This document shows positions 36,125 to 45,205 of a stretch of 64,000 nt of DNA, piece after piece. A model generated the notes under the pieces. It had not been told where the DNA came from, did no database searches, and saw only the letters and a program-made list of their open reading frames with translations. The translations under genes and the position numbers were made by a program. The number at the start of each line of letters is the position of its first letter. Position 1 is the first letter of the stretch. The stretch lies in IMG/VR virus record IMGVR_UViG_3300049460_000312, positions 1 to 64,000 of that record, one strand, 5' to 3'.

Positions 36125-37714
36125 TTAGACCTCGGCTACATTGACCCGATTGCGGTCATACGTTTCGATAAAGAAGATCATGACCGTATTCCACTGAATG
36201 GATGTGTGGTCCGACAGGTGACCGGTGTTGGTGGTCTGGGTGCACTGGCGGATGCGCGTGAAGAACTTCTCGCCTTCCGCGCGAGTGATATAGTTCGTGT
36301 TGCCCAGCGTCTGCGGCAGCTTCTTGTACTTGACCAGGTCCGGACAGAGCGCCGCACCAATCAGCGTGAGGCCATTGGCGTCATCGCGCGAGGAGTCCCG
36401 CGCCCGGGGCGTCAGATACGACGGGTCCATCACAATCGACAAACGCACGTAGTAGGTCCGACGCAGATCCGGCTCGAAGTCCAGAATCACGTTGAGGTCC
36501 GCATCGACGTGGAACAACGAGTGGTGCAACGGCATATGGTTGTCATACACCGTGACGTTCACGAATGACTCACAATACTTGTTGAGCCACTGATACTCGT
36601 GCTTCAGGAAGGCGATGAATTCGGGACGGAACTCCCACTTCTCATCGATCTCATTGAAGTTCATGATCGTGCGGTTATTGGTGCCGTCCGGATTGACTGC
36701 GACCCCCACCAGCGCCGAGAGCACCTGCAACGTCGCCTTGGGCACTGAGCGCGGATAGAACTCATGAAACTCCGGCAGGCGGATACCGCTACGGATGGTG
36801 GGCTTGGCAAGCCGATCCACTTCAAACGCACCCAGTGCTGTCAACGACCGGGGACTGCGGGACTCGAAGGTCTGGAAGTCGTCCTTCGGCTGGTACATCA
36901 GGTACTTCTCGTCGATCAGCTGATTGTGAATCAGTACCGGATAGTCACCGGCGGTGGCAATCGGGCAGTCGAAGAAGATCTTGTACGAGAAGGCCTGTCG
37001 GAAGGCTTCACCATCGTTACCCTGCTTGCTGGGCTCGTCAGGCAGGTCCTGGAACTCCCACTGACCCGTCACCCGGCCCTGCTGCTCAGCGACCGCCCAG
37101 CGCTCCTCTGTGCCGATCTGGGTGGCAATCTTGGTGACGTTTTGCGTAAAGTGATCGGCCAGGTACTTGTCAAACGTATCCCCGTAACCCGCCTGGGTTT
37201 CACGCAGCGTCCAAATATGCTCCAGCAGCGGGAAAAACTCCTGCGGAATCGGGAAGTGGTAATTGATGATGTGGGTGCGAATGTCGCGGTTGGTCGACAC
37301 GCGGCTGCGGATCTCGTCGCGCCAGCGGCGCGCGTTGTTCGCATCGGTTGATCGGTATTCGAACTCCATGGTGAGCACCACCGGCGAATACACGGGCCGC
37401 AGATACACCATCAGGGATTCGTCGTAGAAGTATTCCGGGAATTCCATCTGGTGCACGGCCGTCGCGAGCAGCTTGTCGGTGAGGTGTTCCTCGCGCAGGT
37501 TGACTCGCCACATTGGTCGAGTGTTGACCTGGTTAAAGCCCTGCGACTCATCCATCGTGGAAGCCGGCTGGGCCACGACTTCGCTGTCGCCCGGAAACAG
37601 GATCGGCAATGCACCCAGTCCCGTCCATTCCTGCAGCTGGCGTGTGATGTCCAGCACCACCGGCCGGATGACGGAGTCCCGGATTCCGTCGTTGGTAAAG
37701 AGTACCTTAGGCAT
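36125..37714 (-). CDS. Putative virion structural protein (gp98-like by position)
   Basis: 529 aa; IRPVV.DI, LRPVY, YPVLIHNQLI. Confidence 0.75.
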   Translation of the reverse strand: MPKVLFTNDGIRDSVIRPVVLDITRQLQEWTGLGALPILFPGDSEVVAQPASTMDESQGFNQVNTRPMWRVNLREEHLTDKLLATAVHQMEFPEYFYDESLMVYLRPVYSPVVLTMEFEYRSTDANNARRWRDEIRSRVSTNRDIRTHIINYHFPIPQEFFPLLEHIWTLRETQAGYGDTFDKYLADHFTQNVTKIATQIGTEERWAVAEQQGRVTGQWEFQDLPDEPSKQGNDGEAFRQAFSYKIFFDCPIATAGDYPVLIHNQLIDEKYLMYQPKDDFQTFESRSPRSLTALGAFEVDRLAKPTIRSGIRLPEFHEFYPRSVPKATLQVLSALVGVAVNPDGTNNRTIMNFNEIDEKWEFRPEFIAFLKHEYQWLNKYCESFVNVTVYDNHMPLHHSLFHVDADLNVILDFEPDLRRTYYVRLSIVMDPSYLTPRARDSSRDDANGLTLIGAALCPDLVKYKKLPQTLGNTNYITRAEGEKFFTRIRQCTQTTNTGHLSDHTSIQWNTVMIFFIETYDRNRVNVAEV

Positions 37715-37773
37715 GGTTGACTCGTGAAATAAGAGAAATCGGTGTCCTTTTTGGACTCACAACAATTTGGCGA

Positions 37774-37843
37774 CATAAGTACCCCTCCCAGAACGCTCAA
37801 ACGGCTCTCTAAACCGTTTGTAGCGCTCGGGAGAGGGATTATG
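37774..37843 (-). terminator. Long imperfect hairpin (terminator or processing site) bounded by CATAA/TTATG
   Basis: About 30 bp interrupted stem between head-protein and downstream structural genes. Confidence 0.6.
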
Positions 37844-37849
37844 CCTGCA

Positions 37850-39529
37850 TCAGGACGAAGCGCGCTGAGCGGCTCTGAGAGCCTTCAGCGTGAGGCCGTA
37901 GCTTTCCATCGCGGGATTGCTAAACTCGGTGTTCTGCTTGGCCAGGAACTTGACCGAGACAATCCGGTCCTTCGGGTCTTCCAGGGCCGAGAGTTCAGCG
38001 AGCGAAGCCACCACCATCGCACAACGGATATACATCCAGGCCATGGCCAGATACGGTTGCTGGATCGTACCGGCGATCGACGAGGCCACCTTGAAGTACG
38101 CGCCAATAAAGCCCCAGAAGGCGGGATCAGCTTTTTCCTGGGCTTTCTTGTTCAGAATCTCCAGGGCCTTGCCGATGTCTTTACCGAACTTCTCGTTCTT
38201 CTTGGCGAGCGCACCCAAGATCTGCATGTCGTTGAGCAACTCCACCGTCTCGTCCAGCATTTTCAGCAGGTCGCGACAGTTAGGCACCGGCATCGACGTT
38301 TCCGTCGCTTTGGGCGCGCTCTTGTCAAACACCAGCGAGGCGCCATAGTGCTTGAGCGCTTCAATGATGCTGTCGGCTTTGTCTCCGCCGTTCTTCTTCG
38401 GGCTGTGGGCCACCAGATAACGGTTATCCAGCAACGGGGCGAGCGTGAGGAACTTGCGATCCGGATAGGCGTTCAGTGCATGCTGCGGCGTCTGACCAGG
38501 TTTGGGCACCAGAGCGGCGTCTTTCCAGGTGAACGCCCAACGCGACTCAATGCCATCGCGCATCTTCTCCAGATAACCCACGTCCGGCTCACCTGAGCTG
38601 TGCAACGACTGCAGCGCTTCGAGCAGATTCTCGGTCACAGGCACGCAGTAACCTTCCGAGGCGCCATACACCAGCCGCATCGCAGCATTCTGCACCGCCA
38701 TGGCTTCCTCGAACTCGCCGATCGAGTTGATCGACTTGCCACCCACCTGAAAGAAGCGCGCATACTCACCGTACTCAAACAGCTCCACGAGTGGGAAGTC
38801 ACGCTTTTCCAGCAGCGGACGAATCTTCAGCAAGCGCTCACGCAGCATCTGGGCCAGCCCCACGTAATGCTTGAGCGCCTTGGAGGTGGTCGTGAACGCT
38901 TCCGGCACCTGCTTGGACATGCCGAAGACAGCCTTACGGAACAAGCCGGCCGCCATCTCACCAAAGCCTTCCGTTGCGGCCTGCACCGCAAACATTTCCG
39001 GTTCGGTGGTGGGTAACGGCTGCACTTCAGCAAATCCACTGGATTCCCGATAGGTTTCCTGAGCGACCTTCTTCGGCACTACGATCCCGTGCACTTCCAC
39101 TGAACCAAACACGTTGGGACCCAGACGAGCCAGTGCTACCGGATCTTCACCCGGGGTCGCTGCTGCAACCGAAGCAGACAACGGCTTCACGGCCACAAAC
39201 TCCGCATCGCCATCCAGACGCAGATTGCCCTTGTTATCCACGTAGGCTTCTAGCGCCCGCTTATCAGCCACGGCATAGACCGCACCCTTGTGTTCGTGTT
39301 GCAAGGTCTTGAAGTCATCGACCATTTTCTGCTGGTGATCGGTCAGCTGGACTTTCTCGTCCGACACGACCGCGCCCGTGCTAGGGGCGCCGCCGGTGAG
39401 GGCTTCGAGTGAGCCCTGGATCTCGTGCAGGTGGTGGTAACGTTCCTCGACTTCGGTATCGAGGATTTCACCACGCATGACTTCCTGCATCAGATCGGGA
39501 TTACCACTTGCATCGGAGGTAGCGTACAT
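37850..39529 (-). CDS. Internal head protein
   Basis: 559 aa; SLE/ATE protease-type sites; in the internal-protein cluster. Confidence 0.75.
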   Translation of the reverse strand: MYATSDASGNPDLMQEVMRGEILDTEVEERYHHLHEIQGSLEALTGGAPSTGAVVSDEKVQLTDHQQKMVDDFKTLQHEHKGAVYAVADKRALEAYVDNKGNLRLDGDAEFVAVKPLSASVAAATPGEDPVALARLGPNVFGSVEVHGIVVPKKVAQETYRESSGFAEVQPLPTTEPEMFAVQAATEGFGEMAAGLFRKAVFGMSKQVPEAFTTTSKALKHYVGLAQMLRERLLKIRPLLEKRDFPLVELFEYGEYARFFQVGGKSINSIGEFEEAMAVQNAAMRLVYGASEGYCVPVTENLLEALQSLHSSGEPDVGYLEKMRDGIESRWAFTWKDAALVPKPGQTPQHALNAYPDRKFLTLAPLLDNRYLVAHSPKKNGGDKADSIIEALKHYGASLVFDKSAPKATETSMPVPNCRDLLKMLDETVELLNDMQILGALAKKNEKFGKDIGKALEILNKKAQEKADPAFWGFIGAYFKVASSIAGTIQQPYLAMAWMYIRCAMVVASLAELSALEDPKDRIVSVKFLAKQNTEFSNPAMESYGLTLKALRAAQRASS

Positions 39530-40716
39530 TACTTCTTCACCTCTTCATACTTGGCGATGGACTGGGCACACCAACGCAGCAACGACTGCATGATGCGAAC
39601 GGTGTAGCGCAGATGCACGATATAGCTGTTCTGGCCGAGGGCGGTGATATTGCGCAGGGCGACCACCGAACTCTGATCGGGTTCTTTGGTCCGGGCAAAC
39701 GAGGCATCACGCAACACGCTCTTGAGGAGCTCTTCGTCGCGGGCAAAGCGGATCACGTCTTCACACACGGTGAGTGAGGTCCGGCAGATCGCGCGAATCT
39801 CGTCCGGTGACAGCAACGGGAAGAAGTTCACCCGCAGCGCAACTTCCGAGTCACGCCGGATACCGCAGTGAAACGTGAAAGTACCGTTATCGCGCACTTC
39901 GTCACTGATGACACCGACCAGATGGTTCTGGCCAAACATCGCCTCCGTAGCGTAGTACGAGTTACCGGGGGCTTTCTTCTCACTGAAGATGGCCGACTGG
40001 GTGCCGGGGTCGACCGGCTCCATGTCTTCCTCGATCCCAGCCTTAAGCTGCTCGTGCAGTGCGCGGGCTTCCTGCATCACCCGACCGTAGTTCTTCTCTT
40101 TGGCTGCTGACACCAGCTTGGCAGTTTCCGAGACGGCGGAGAACTTCTGCTGAACCTGGAAGTTGTGCGCAATGGTGCGGTAGAGTTCGTGCGGCTTGCT
40201 GGGGGCGGCGCCATCGAGATGCAGCGCGTTCATCAGCGAGCGATCCTTGATCACCAGCTGTGAGGCCACTGAGGCGGAGATGGAATCCGCATGACCGATG
40301 TAGGACTTGATCACCGGAATCAGTTTGCGGGCAGTCGCCTTGTGCATGCCGAAGAAGTCAAACAGCGTCTTGAACACCCGCTCGACAATCGCGTACAGGT
40401 ACAGGATCACTTTCTTCAGACGGCCTGCCTTGGGCTTGTCGTCGTCATCCTCGCTCTCCAGCGCAAAGCTCGGAATCTCAAAGCGCTCGATGTAGCACTC
40501 CACCGCCACATCCAGAAACTTGCTCGACGTCGCATCGGCTTCGGCGTAGTCCAGGCCTTCGAGCTTTTCGGCGGCAGCCAGGGCTTCCGCTGCATAGGCG
40601 ATCGCTTCCTCGACGTGGTCCGGATCATCGATAGGGTGTTGTTCCTCAGCGCGAGGATAACTCAGCGCATCAGCCGACCCACCCATGGTCGAAAATCCTG
40701 CTTGAAACGTATCCAT
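39529..40716 (-). CDS. Internal head protein (phiKZ internal protein family)
   Basis: Acidic propeptide ending ALES, followed by an amphipathic helix. Confidence 0.8.
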   Translation of the reverse strand: MDTFQAGFSTMGGSADALSYPRAEEQHPIDDPDHVEEAIAYAAEALAAAEKLEGLDYAEADATSSKFLDVAVECYIERFEIPSFALESEDDDDKPKAGRLKKVILYLYAIVERVFKTLFDFFGMHKATARKLIPVIKSYIGHADSISASVASQLVIKDRSLMNALHLDGAAPSKPHELYRTIAHNFQVQQKFSAVSETAKLVSAAKEKNYGRVMQEARALHEQLKAGIEEDMEPVDPGTQSAIFSEKKAPGNSYYATEAMFGQNHLVGVISDEVRDNGTFTFHCGIRRDSEVALRVNFFPLLSPDEIRAICRTSLTVCEDVIRFARDEELLKSVLRDASFARTKEPDQSSVVALRNITALGQNSYIVHLRYTVRIMQSLLRWCAQSIAKYEEVKK

Positions 40717-40793
40717 GATGGTATCTCTTTAATAGACAAAAAGGAGTAAGGGAGCGCAAGCCCCCTTACTCCTCCAGGTTGTCGACTGAGTGC

Positions 40794-42182
40794 TTATTTC
40801 TGAGCCGGCTTGGCCTTCGACACTTCGACCGATTTCTCGACGTAGCGGATGAAGGATGCCGCGTTCTGGATGTTCACACGCAGCAGTTGCGGGACAACCA
40901 CCGTCGCGATGGCCGTGAGCGTCTTCAGATACAGCTCGACCATCTTCACCGATGAGCCGCTCTCACCGACCTTGGCAAAGCCTTCGATCTTGGCGAGGCG
41001 ATCTGCCAGATGATTCTGGTCAGCGTTCCACTTCTTGACGAGTTCGAGCATGTCGGTGGCGAGCTTCTTCTCGACCACAGGAATGCTACCACCTTCGACG
41101 AGCGGCACTTCAGCAGGCGCGACACCCGCTTTCACCACGCCGCCTTGATCCATCGGCTTGGAGAACGCCAGGTACAGCTGCAGACCGCCGATCTGCGGCT
41201 CGGTCATGCCGCCTTCGAGTTGCGCGTTGCCCGTGAGCTTGCCCTTCAGTTCGTTGGCGATAGCGTCGGGGATCTTGGTGTATTCGAACACGTGCTGACG
41301 CAGGCCCGAGAGGATCTTCGAGAGTTCGACGTACACTTCCAGCGAATCGTCTTCGCCTTTGCGAGCGGTCGCCGACAGCGCGTTCAGGAACGAATCGTTG
41401 AAGAAGCCGTAGAGCGTCTTGGTGGCGAATTCACCGTAGCGGCGGAACTGGGCGTTCGCATCACCGGCGTTCTTCACCATGCGTAGCGACTTGATAAACG
41501 CTTCGTCGTCGATCACGGCATTGCCATCGATCTGGTTGATCATGCCGATGGCCTTCTCGGCCTTGGCCGTCAGGCCATTGAACTTCTGGGCGATGCTGCG
41601 CACCACGCCAACGATCCAGGCGATGATCTTCTTGATGCCAGCCATCAGGCGTTCGAGGATGGTCTTCGACTTCGCTTTCGCGGCGTCACCGATCGCACCC
41701 ACTTGACCGTCCGGACCCTTCTCGGCGAGCTCGCCGTCTTCCAGGGCCGCGAGGCTACCGGAGAGGCCGGCACGCAACGAGATCTGTTCGAGGGCCATCG
41801 CATAGCCAGCAGCCGCTGCGTGGTTGGCCTGACCCGACTTCACCGCCAGATCACAGATGTAGGCGAGCTCTTCGAGCGCAGCGCCTGCCGAGACGGCTTC
41901 TTCCAGATCCGTGTTGACCGTGTCCGAGGTGGATTCGATCTGTTGCACGTCGTTGTCGAAACACTCGCCCGACAGTTCGTCGTTTTCAGCGGCCAGCGTC
42001 GAATTCTTTTCCATCAGCTCCGCCACCGCGTCCGTATCGGACTCGATCTTGGTTTCGGTGACAGGGGGTGCATTGGGGCCGGCTTCCAGTTCAGCCACGG
42101 CGTCAACTGCGGAGACGTCCTGACCCGCCTCTTGCTGCAGCTCTTCGAGCGCGGCAGTAATGAAAGGACTACGATTTTTCAT
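40794..42182 (-). CDS. Internal head protein (phiKZ gp93-97-like family)
   Basis: AALEE/ALE sites, acidic propeptide, ILERLMAGIKKIIAWI helix. Confidence 0.85.
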   Translation of the reverse strand: MKNRSPFITAALEELQQEAGQDVSAVDAVAELEAGPNAPPVTETKIESDTDAVAELMEKNSTLAAENDELSGECFDNDVQQIESTSDTVNTDLEEAVSAGAALEELAYICDLAVKSGQANHAAAAGYAMALEQISLRAGLSGSLAALEDGELAEKGPDGQVGAIGDAAKAKSKTILERLMAGIKKIIAWIVGVVRSIAQKFNGLTAKAEKAIGMINQIDGNAVIDDEAFIKSLRMVKNAGDANAQFRRYGEFATKTLYGFFNDSFLNALSATARKGEDDSLEVYVELSKILSGLRQHVFEYTKIPDAIANELKGKLTGNAQLEGGMTEPQIGGLQLYLAFSKPMDQGGVVKAGVAPAEVPLVEGGSIPVVEKKLATDMLELVKKWNADQNHLADRLAKIEGFAKVGESGSSVKMVELYLKTLTAIATVVVPQLLRVNIQNAASFIRYVEKSVEVSKAKPAQK

Positions 42183-42268
42183 GGTGTCTTATCCGACTAC
42201 AGGTTATCAAAAGAGGCTCCGCGTAGATACGTACCTCACGGGAATTTGAGCTCCGATCACAATATAGC

Positions 42269-42304
42269 CAGCATAAAAGCGGCAGGCGCGTGCCCGCCGC
42301 TTCT
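42269..42304 (-). terminator. Terminator with TTTTATGCTG tail
   Basis: CAGCATAAAAGCGGCAGGC-GCGT-GCCCGCCGCTT. Confidence 0.8.
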
Positions 42305-42331
42305 ACACTTACTACTTAAGCCGGAGGCTTA

Positions 42332-43744
42332 TTACTTCGCACCACGTGCTGCCGCTTTCGCTTCCGAGATCGAGAAACGAATCCAACGCGACGCGCCGAA
42401 GTGGTTGAAGTACAGGCCATGAGCCGAACCGAAGGTCGTGCCCGCCACCAGATCCGACAGCAAACGCATCAGATGCGAATACTTCGAGAGCAGACGACGT
42501 GCGCTTTCGGCGTCGTCGCCGCCACCGCTGCGATGCGGGCGCGTCTTCGAATCGTCGCCGATTTCAAACAGGGCGTTGATTGCCATGTCGATCGCGCGAT
42601 CAGCCTTGCCAGCCGTTTCCTTCAGCTTCGTGACGTCTGCAGCCGAGGCACACTTGATGCCAGCCGAGAATTCGTGCTTGCCTTCTTCGAACGTGACTTG
42701 CTGGCCTTCCATGCCGCCCGATCCTTCGACCGTGAGGCGTTCCGGCAGATTCACTTCGACGACAACCGACGAGTGCTGGAACTTCGAACGACCGACTTCT
42801 GCCAGCGGCTTGGCCGAGGTGATCGCCGCGTTCATGCGGTTGACGACATCCTTCGGCTCGCTCAGCACCCATGCCTGGCTCAGCGAGTGCATGTCGCTCG
42901 ACACGCGATTCACGATCTTCAGCAGTTCGTTGAATTCAGCGATCGAGTTTTCGACAGCAGCGATCGGGGACTTGGTCGAGGAAGGTGCGTAGAAACGCTC
43001 CTGCACCGCCTTTTCCCACTTCGCGTTCTGGAACGGCTTGCCGGCGACGCTCGCCAGGATGCCTGCTTCTTTTTCCAGCTTCGCGTAGATGGCCGTGGTG
43101 CCGCGGAAGTAGTCGGCGAAGCGCTTGAGCTTTTCCGCCGTCAGTTCGAAGGCCTTCTTCATGAACTTCGCTGCTGCCGCATAGACTTTCTCGGCGCGCT
43201 CGCGCAGATTGTCGATGAAGCTTTCCGTGGCGACGCGTTGGTCGAAACCAAACGCTTCGAGGGCAACCGATTCCGACAGCGGCTCACCCACACCTGCGGC
43301 GTCGATCGCCGTGGTCAGCAGGCTCACCGTTTCCGGCGTCAGGCCATCACCGCTAGCAGCCGGCACGGGCTCGCCCGCGTCTTCGCCTTGCGTGACTTCT
43401 TCAGCCGATTGCTCGGCCGGTGCCAGGCTGGCTTCAGCCTGTTCTGCGATTTCTTCGAGCGCAGCAGCCATACGGCAGTAGCGCATCGACATCGTCTGCA
43501 GGTGTTCCAGGGCCAGGGTATGTTCCTGGCTTTCCGCGACCGTGTCGATCTCGTCGTGCTCGGCGATATCGGCATCTTCGCCAAAGGCCTTGTCGACCTT
43601 GACGTCGTCGACGTTCACTTCCGTCAGGCTCTTGTCTTCCGTGAAGCCCGGCTTCGGTTGCAGCGTCGACAGCTCGGTGACTTGAGCAATGTCCACAGTA
43701 CCGGCTTCAGCTTCCAGTGCTGCAGTGAAAAGGTTTCGTTTCAT
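42332..43744 (-). CDS. Internal head protein (gp93-97-like family)
   Basis: AALE, ALE, ATES sites; amphipathic helix after ATES. Confidence 0.85.
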   Translation of the reverse strand: MKRNLFTAALEAEAGTVDIAQVTELSTLQPKPGFTEDKSLTEVNVDDVKVDKAFGEDADIAEHDEIDTVAESQEHTLALEHLQTMSMRYCRMAAALEEIAEQAEASLAPAEQSAEEVTQGEDAGEPVPAASGDGLTPETVSLLTTAIDAAGVGEPLSESVALEAFGFDQRVATESFIDNLRERAEKVYAAAAKFMKKAFELTAEKLKRFADYFRGTTAIYAKLEKEAGILASVAGKPFQNAKWEKAVQERFYAPSSTKSPIAAVENSIAEFNELLKIVNRVSSDMHSLSQAWVLSEPKDVVNRMNAAITSAKPLAEVGRSKFQHSSVVVEVNLPERLTVEGSGGMEGQQVTFEEGKHEFSAGIKCASAADVTKLKETAGKADRAIDMAINALFEIGDDSKTRPHRSGGGDDAESARRLLSKYSHLMRLLSDLVAGTTFGSAHGLYFNHFGASRWIRFSISEAKAAARGAK

Positions 43745-43825
43745 GTTGATCTCAGTTCTTGAAGTCGATGGAGGCTTCAGAGTGAAGCCTGTCGTAAGAT
43801 AGGCCTCACTCCTCACTCAGGCCGA

Positions 43826-45127
43826 TTACTCAGCGCCCTTGTCCTTAGCGGCCGGAGCTGCTTCGGCTGCCTTCTCGCCCCGGTGGGCTGCGATCGCGGC
43901 CATGCAGTACTGCAGAGCGATCGTCGAGGCCGACGTTGCGTACGCGTAGGCGGCGACTTGCGGGCCCTTGATAATGCGCGGCACCACGGCTTGCATAGCC
44001 TTGAGCTGGGCGCTGTCCGATTTGCCGGCCTTCGCCTTGCTGGCTGCCGAGTCGAGCTGACGGTTCAGGTCGTCGAGGGTCTTCAGGTTCGACTGATAGA
44101 TCTTCACGAGCTGGCCGAGGCCGACCACGTATTCTGCGATCGCCTTGATCTCGTTGCCGTCCGGCGCCGCGATTTCTGCTTGCGCCTTGACTTCGTCGAG
44201 CTTCTTGACACCGTGATTCCAGTGGTTCAGGGCTTCGACGTTTTCCGGCACCGTGAAGAACGCGCGGTAGCCACCGAAGAACGGCTTGGTGACGAGCGTC
44301 TTCGTGCCAGCAGCGGCGCCCGCAGCCTGGGCTTGTTCCGCCGTCGCGTCTTCGTCGTACTCACCGCCAGCCTTCGCCAGCGCTTCGAGGAAACGGTCCA
44401 TCACGCCATCAGCCGACGACGAACCATTAGCCACGACGTCGATACAGGTGCGTGCTTCCTTCGTGAGTTCGACCGACGCCTTGCCGCCCTGGTCGTTCGC
44501 GAATTCCGACACTGCGAGCATGACTTCGCCGACTTCGACGTTCTTGTACGTCGCGATCTTTTCGAGCAGGCCCTTGTCGGTGATCTTCGCTTCGCCCTTC
44601 GTCGCGAGCGTCTTCGTCGCTTCGATGACCTTCTGCGCTTGGTTGGCGTTCTTCACGATACGATCGGTGAACTTCGCCCACGTCTCACGCACCCAGGCAG
44701 CGATACGCTTGCCGAAGTTGCGCAGCATTTCCCAGACCTTGGCGGCGAACGCCTTGATCTTTTCCAGGACCTTGCCCTTGTCGGGGTTGCTGCCCTGGTC
44801 GCCCGTCAGGGCCACGGCGCCGCCGCTGGCTTCGACGAGGTCGTTCGATTCGAGCGCGACGTTCACAGCCTTCTGAACAAACGGCTCCATCGGTGCTTCC
44901 ATTTCGCCCGGTGCATCTTCCACCAGGCTGATGATGTCTTCCAGGCCTTGTGCTGCATCGGTGATCTGCTCGACGTCGCCGTCGATGTCGCCAGCTTCTT
45001 GCGGGAAGTCGACGCCAGCGGTTTCTTCGCTGAAGTCGCCATCCACGGGTTGCTCAGGCGCGATGGAGGCGTTCACTTCTTCAGCGAACTCTTCCAGGCC
45101 GAGCATGGTTTTTGCAAAGGATGTCAT
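43826..45127 (-). CDS. Internal head protein (gp93-97-like family)
   Basis: GLEE, GLED, ALES; VLEKIKAFAAKVWEML helix. Confidence 0.85.
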   Translation of the reverse strand: MTSFAKTMLGLEEFAEEVNASIAPEQPVDGDFSEETAGVDFPQEAGDIDGDVEQITDAAQGLEDIISLVEDAPGEMEAPMEPFVQKAVNVALESNDLVEASGGAVALTGDQGSNPDKGKVLEKIKAFAAKVWEMLRNFGKRIAAWVRETWAKFTDRIVKNANQAQKVIEATKTLATKGEAKITDKGLLEKIATYKNVEVGEVMLAVSEFANDQGGKASVELTKEARTCIDVVANGSSSADGVMDRFLEALAKAGGEYDEDATAEQAQAAGAAAGTKTLVTKPFFGGYRAFFTVPENVEALNHWNHGVKKLDEVKAQAEIAAPDGNEIKAIAEYVVGLGQLVKIYQSNLKTLDDLNRQLDSAASKAKAGKSDSAQLKAMQAVVPRIIKGPQVAAYAYATSASTIALQYCMAAIAAHRGEKAAEAAPAAKDKGAE

Positions 45128-45205
45128 TTTCCAGTATCCGATTTTGGTGTGCAAGGTTCAGACAGGGGAGGCCGCAGCCTCCCCTGCCCTACTCACGTAT
45201 TACGT

